Shown one piece after another: positions 60,044-64,000 of a DNA stretch of 64,000 nt; positions within the stretch are counted from its first letter, which is position 1, and every line of letters begins with the position of its first letter. The DNA lies in the NCBI GenBank assembly GCA_965116525.1, contig OZ220694.1:952879-1016878 (forward strand), written 5' to 3'. The notes beneath the pieces were generated by a model. It did not search any database. It was not told the DNA's origin and worked only from the letters and a program-made list of their open reading frames with translations. Source of the DNA: an uncultured candidatus Porisulfidus sp. (GTDB taxonomy: Bacteria; Pseudomonadota; Gammaproteobacteria; Poriferisulfidales; Poriferisulfidaceae). Position numbers and translations under genes: made by a program.

Positions 60044-60891
60044 GCCCCACCCAAAAACGCCGGCTGGGTGCCGGAGTCGACGCCCTTTTGAGCGCCCGGC
60101 CCAAGCCGGTTGCCGAGTCCGACGATTCCGGACTTCAGGATATTCCGCTGGATAAATTGCGCCCGAGCCCGTATCAACCGCGAACTCAGTTTGACGATCA
60201 GGCGATCGAAACCCTGGCCGCCTCGTTGAAGGAGCAGGGTGCGATCCAGCCGATTCTGGTGCGTCAGGCCGGGGGGCAGTACGAATTGGTCGCGGGGGAA
60301 CGGCGAGTACGCGCCGCCCGCGCCGCCGGTCTCGAATCCCTGCCTGCGATTGTCCGCGACTTGTCCGATGATGAAGCTGCGACGGTGACCCTGATCGAGA
60401 ACATCCAGCGGGAAGACCTCAACCCCATCGACGAGGCCCAGGCATTGCGCGGGTTGGCCGATCGCCTGAACCAGACTCATGAGCAGGTCGCTGAACGGGT
60501 CGGTCGGGCGCGTGCCACCGTCACCAATCTGATTCGTTTGTTGGAACTTTGTCCGGAAGTTCAGCAATTGGTCCGAGACGGCAAGATCAGTATGGGGCAC
60601 GCCCGGGTTTTAGTGCCCTTGCCGGCCAACCGCCAAAAGAAACTGGCGCAAGCCATTCTGGATGAAGATCTGTCGGTGCGGGAAACGGAGCGCCGGACGA
60701 AAAAAACCAAGCCTTCCAGTCCTCCGGACCCGGACCCGGACCTGACGCGCCTGCAGCAGCGGCTGTCCGATCATCTGGGCTGTCCGGTTAGCCTTCGCTC
60801 TGGTAGAAAGGGAGGGAGCCTCGTGCTGCATTACAGCAGCGAAGACTCTTTACAAGGCTTGTTGGAACGGCTCGGCTACTCGGAAGACTGA
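60040..60891 (+). CDS. parB: chromosome partitioning protein ParB/Spo0J
   Basis: ParB box (LVAGERRVRAA), HTH, C-terminal dimerisation region. Confidence 0.92.
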   Translation: MSPTQKRRLGAGVDALLSARPKPVAESDDSGLQDIPLDKLRPSPYQPRTQFDDQAIETLAASLKEQGAIQPILVRQAGGQYELVAGERRVRAARAAGLESLPAIVRDLSDDEAATVTLIENIQREDLNPIDEAQALRGLADRLNQTHEQVAERVGRARATVTNLIRLLELCPEVQQLVRDGKISMGHARVLVPLPANRQKKLAQAILDEDLSVRETERRTKKTKPSSPPDPDPDLTRLQQRLSDHLGCPVSLRSGRKGGSLVLHYSSEDSLQGLLERLGYSED

Positions 60892-61829
60892 GCGTCGCAA
60901 GAATCCAGGGTGCCGGCCAGTTCTGCGACCGAATCGAGGTCGTGGCGGAGCAGGTAGTCGCGGATGCCCTGGTTGATTGCGCGACACGCCAACGGGTCGT
61001 GGAACAGCCCGGTGCCAACCCCCACCGCGGAAGCACCCGCGATCAGAAACTCCAGCGCATCCGTCGCCGAAACCACCCCGCCCTGGCCAATGATCGGGGT
61101 GCCATGTGCAGCGGTTTCTTGGTAGACCTCATGGACTTTCAGCAGGGCAATGGGCTTAATGGCGGGGCCGGACAGGCCGCCCTGTTTTGCGCCTAGTACC
61201 GCGGAGCGGGATTCGGCATCGATGGCCATGCCGGAGACCGTATTGATTACTGCAAACGCATCGGCACCTGCTTCCAGACAGGCGCGTGCGTTGGCTCGGA
61301 TGTCGGTCTGGTTGGGTGACATCTTGATGATGAGCGGCTTGGACGTGACTTTTCGGCAGGCGGAGACCACAGCCGCCGACATTTTTGGATCGTTGCCGAA
61401 CTCCATTCCGCCCGCTTTGACGTTGGGACAGGAAATATTGACTTCGACGCCGTCAATCGGCGAATCGTCGAAGCGGCGTGTCACCTCGGTGTATTCCTCG
61501 ACGGTTGCCCCGGACACATTGGCGAAGAAGCGGGTGGCGGAAAAGTCCAGGCTTGGCAGTACATCGCGGATGACCGCGTCCACTCCAGGGTTTTGCAGGC
61601 CGATTGAATTCAACAGGCCGTCCGGAGTCTCGGCCAGACGGTGCGGCGGGTTGCCGAGGCGGGGTTCGAGGGTGGTTCCCTTGAGGCAGATTGCTCCCAC
61701 CTCGTCGTGAGAGAACCCATCGACTCGGGTGTATTCGTCTCCGAAACCGACGCAACCCGAAAGCAGAACCAGCGGGGTTTGCAGGGACAGGCCGCAAAAA
61801 TCGATCGAGAGAGAGTTTGTCTCAGGCAT
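60876..61829 (-). CDS. dihydroorotate dehydrogenase-like (class 1 PyrD-family TIM-barrel flavoprotein)
   Basis: LQTPLVLLSGCVGFG...NISCPNVKAGG...GGLSGPAIKPIAL...IIGQGGVVSATDALEFLIAGASAV are class-1 DHOD motifs. Convergent with parB, overlapping it by 16 nt. Confidence 0.75.
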   Translation of the reverse strand: MPETNSLSIDFCGLSLQTPLVLLSGCVGFGDEYTRVDGFSHDEVGAICLKGTTLEPRLGNPPHRLAETPDGLLNSIGLQNPGVDAVIRDVLPSLDFSATRFFANVSGATVEEYTEVTRRFDDSPIDGVEVNISCPNVKAGGMEFGNDPKMSAAVVSACRKVTSKPLIIKMSPNQTDIRANARACLEAGADAFAVINTVSGMAIDAESRSAVLGAKQGGLSGPAIKPIALLKVHEVYQETAAHGTPIIGQGGVVSATDALEFLIAGASAVGVGTGLFHDPLACRAINQGIRDYLLRHDLDSVAELAGTLDSCDAQSSE

Positions 61830-62814
61830 GCAGTGCCTCGGACGTCGATGGACGCGTCAACAATGCTTCGACTGCCTGGATCGGGCGGATAGTCCCGGTC
61901 AGCACTTGTTGCACTTGCTGGCAGATGGGCAGTTCCAGCCCATGGTTCTGGCTTAGACGGGACAATGCAAGCGCGGTATGACGTCCTTCGGTGACCTGTC
62001 CGATCGCAGTGCTGGCCTGCTCGGCGGATTGGCCTTCGCCGAGCAGTTGCCCTAGGCGGAAATTGCGCGAATGGGCGCTGGAACAGGTCAGCACGATATC
62101 TCCTAAACCGGACAAGCCGAACAGGGTTGCCGGGTTTGCTCCCAGCGCTTTCCCCAGCCTCATCAGTTCATTGACGCCGCGCGTGATCAATGCGGCGCGG
62201 GCACTGTCGCCGAGCCGAAGCCCATGCGCAATGCCGACGGCGATTGCCAGAACGTTTTTCACCGCGCCGCCGAGTTGAACGCCAACCGGATCAGTTCCCA
62301 CGTAGATGCGAAATGCTTCATGATGAAACACCGTTGCCGCCGCTTCGGCGACCCCGGTGTCATCCGCTGCCACCACCACGGCCGCAGGTAAGCCCTCTGC
62401 AAGGTCGTCTGCGAAAGAGGGTCCGGAAAGAACGGCACGTTGTACGCTCCGACCCAGAACATCGTCCAGAATTTCACCGGGCAGACGGCCGTTGTCCGGA
62501 TCCATTCCCTTGCACGTCCAGATCAATCCGGAGTGGGGTGTCGCTTTCAGTAGCGCAGCGACTTCACCCATCGCTGCGACTGGCACGGCCATGACCACCC
62601 AGTCGCAACCGTCAACACAGGCCTGGATGTCCTCCGTAATCTGGATCGAATCCGGAATGTCGAAACCCGGCAAGCCGGGATCGTTTCGGCGGGAGCGCGC
62701 CAGCGTCTGGCATCGGTCCGGGTTACGGCCCCACCAGCGCACCGTATGCGCCCGAGACACATGAAGGGCAAGCGCCGTGCCCCATGCGCCCTGTCCCAAA
62801 ATCGAAATTTTCAT
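61822..62814 (-). CDS. gpsA: NAD(P)H-dependent glycerol-3-phosphate dehydrogenase
   Basis: MKISILGQGAWGTALAL Rossmann motif. Conserved secB-gpsA pair. Confidence 0.92.
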   Translation of the reverse strand: MKISILGQGAWGTALALHVSRAHTVRWWGRNPDRCQTLARSRRNDPGLPGFDIPDSIQITEDIQACVDGCDWVVMAVPVAAMGEVAALLKATPHSGLIWTCKGMDPDNGRLPGEILDDVLGRSVQRAVLSGPSFADDLAEGLPAAVVVAADDTGVAEAAATVFHHEAFRIYVGTDPVGVQLGGAVKNVLAIAVGIAHGLRLGDSARAALITRGVNELMRLGKALGANPATLFGLSGLGDIVLTCSSAHSRNFRLGQLLGEGQSAEQASTAIGQVTEGRHTALALSRLSQNHGLELPICQQVQQVLTGTIRPIQAVEALLTRPSTSEALHA

Positions 62815-62824
62815 ACCGTGGGCG

Positions 62825-63349
62825 TCAGTGGCGAACCACCTTATCTTGTATGTTTTCCCACTGTTGTTTTTCGCGCTGTTCGCTCCGGTACAGAGCTCCG
62901 AAACTTATGGGCACGAGCTGCAAACCCTGGAAGCCCGCTTGGCTTGCCAGTTGCGCGACGGTCGAACTGATATACGGGTAAAGCATGTCCAGGCACCGCG
63001 TCATCAACAATTCGTGGCTCTTCTCTTCGGATAGGCCTTGGATAAGAAATATGCCGGTATAGCAGACCTCGCAGCTGAACACCTCCGCTTCGTCCTCCAG
63101 TCGGGTGACGCTGACGGTCAGCGAGACCGAATGACGGTCATTTTCCAGCGAGACTGTTTCGTTACTGATCCGGGCCTTGGTTTCGAACTGCCCTTCGGCA
63201 GGGCTGTCCGGTTCCCGTTCCGTCTTGAAGTCCGCACGACGCAGAGAGATATGCTCGATCGCGAAAGTCGTATTCCCGCTGTGTTCGACAAACTGCATGC
63301 GACGCCTAACCGTGCTTTTGGCGGAAGGGTCTGCGGGTTTTTTAGTCAC
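62825..63349 (-). CDS. secB: protein-export chaperone SecB
   Basis: MQFVEHSGNTTFAIEHISLRR...C-terminal acidic tail. Position between grxC and gpsA. May start at the internal Met (residue 18). Confidence 0.85.
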   Translation of the reverse strand: MTKKPADPSAKSTVRRRMQFVEHSGNTTFAIEHISLRRADFKTEREPDSPAEGQFETKARISNETVSLENDRHSVSLTVSVTRLEDEAEVFSCEVCYTGIFLIQGLSEEKSHELLMTRCLDMLYPYISSTVAQLASQAGFQGLQLVPISFGALYRSEQREKQQWENIQDKVVRH

Positions 63350-63618
63350 AGGGGCTCTCCCGCCAGCAGGGGGTCCAGTTTGCCCTCCAGATTGAGTGCG
63401 GACATGTCATCGAAGCCGCCAACATGGTAGCCCCCGATGAAGATTTGCGGCACCGACCTGCGCCCACCACTCCGCTCCAGCATGGTCGTGAGATCCTCGG
63501 GGCTCCGATCCACGCGGATTTCCTGATAGGACACCCCCTTGCGTTCCAGCAACATTTTGGCGCGATCGCAGTACGGGCAGGCGGCGCCGGTGTAGACCAC
63601 CACGTCGGGCGTGTTCAT
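63346..63618 (-). CDS. grxC: glutaredoxin 3
   Basis: MNTPDVVVYTGAACPYCDRAKMLLERKGVSYQEIRV...VPQIFIGGYHVGGFDD. CPYC active site. The true start at 63618 is internal to the track ORF. Confidence 0.92.
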   Translation of the reverse strand: MNTPDVVVYTGAACPYCDRAKMLLERKGVSYQEIRVDRSPEDLTTMLERSGGRRSVPQIFIGGYHVGGFDDMSALNLEGKLDPLLAGEPL

Positions 63619-63998
63619 TGGTTGGCTTCCAGGGGCATTCCGGCTTCCTGCCAGGCGCTGATCCCGCCTTTGAGGTTGTAGACAGGGGCCATCCCCTCGC
63701 GCGCCAGGATCCGGCAGGCACGGTGCGCCTGAACGCCGGTCCGGCAATAGGTGATCACCGGTCCCTTCTCTCCCTGCAACTCTCCCAAGCGATTAGGCAA
63801 TTCGCTGAGCGCAATCCGCCGGGCACTCGGAATCATGCCCTCCTGCACTTCCTTATCCTCCCGCACGTCCAGCACCCAGGCCGCTTCCCGGTTCATCAAC
63901 TGCACCGCCTGTGCGGCCGAGACTTCCTTGTATTGACGTGTCAATCGGCGCACTTCGGTGAACAGGATCATGGCCACCAGTGCCGATACCGCCCCCAT
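63615..63998 (-). CDS. rhodanese-domain protein (YibN-like)
   Basis: N-terminal TM, then a rhodanese fold with active-site Cys (ITYCRTGVQAH). Upstream of grxC, as for E. coli yibN. Confidence 0.8.
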   Translation of the reverse strand: MGAVSALVAMILFTEVRRLTRQYKEVSAAQAVQLMNREAAWVLDVREDKEVQEGMIPSARRIALSELPNRLGELQGEKGPVITYCRTGVQAHRACRILAREGMAPVYNLKGGISAWQEAGMPLEANQ

Positions 63999-64000
63999 CA

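Noticed and set aside
63998-64000. Rhodanese gene possibly extending beyond the window
   Set aside because: A Met start is present at 63998 with a plausible TM N-terminus. The upstream sequence cannot be assessed, so it was left as complete with a caveat.

Overview
This 64-kb window looks like high-GC (~63-65%) gammaproteobacterial chromosome packed with conserved housekeeping operons. Recognised syntenies are pdxA-rsmA-apaG-apaH, folA, lgt-thyA, rpsT, ubiH/visC-pepP, proB-obg-rpmA-rplU, dapF-DUF484-xerC, ubiE ... ubiJ-ubiB-uvrD, a TRAP transporter, polA, dsbA-cytochrome c4, cysC-engB, mnmE-yidC-yidD-rnpA-rpmH, mnmG-rsmG-parA-parB, pyrD-like, and yibN-grxC-secB-gpsA. Three regions stand out. 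(1) A ~4.5-kb low-GC islet (19.4-23.9 kb) encodes a HipA-like Ser/Thr kinase, a HipA-N-like protein fused to a HIRAN DNA-end-binding domain, and an 833-aa DUF4062(TIR-like)-HEAT-repeat protein; it looks like an undescribed defence or toxin module. (2) A nine-gene minus-strand operon (23.9-32.5 kb) combines a MotA/ExbB-family proton channel with two paralogous ExbD/TolR-like proteins that each carry a C-terminal vWA domain. The same operon also holds a PEGA + formylglycine-generating-enzyme-family protein, a TPR-PEGA protein, a lipoprotein and acidic secreted proteins, consistent with a candidate uncharacterised proton-motive-force-driven envelope machine. Regions (1) and (2) together sit where ubiE normally abuts ubiJ-ubiB. 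(3) Between the head-to-head rpmH and mnmG operons lies a Fic / wHTH / GATase module with two distinct operator-like repeat arrays. I found no CRISPR array, rRNA or tRNA. All calls are by eye from the ORF translations; no database searches were run.
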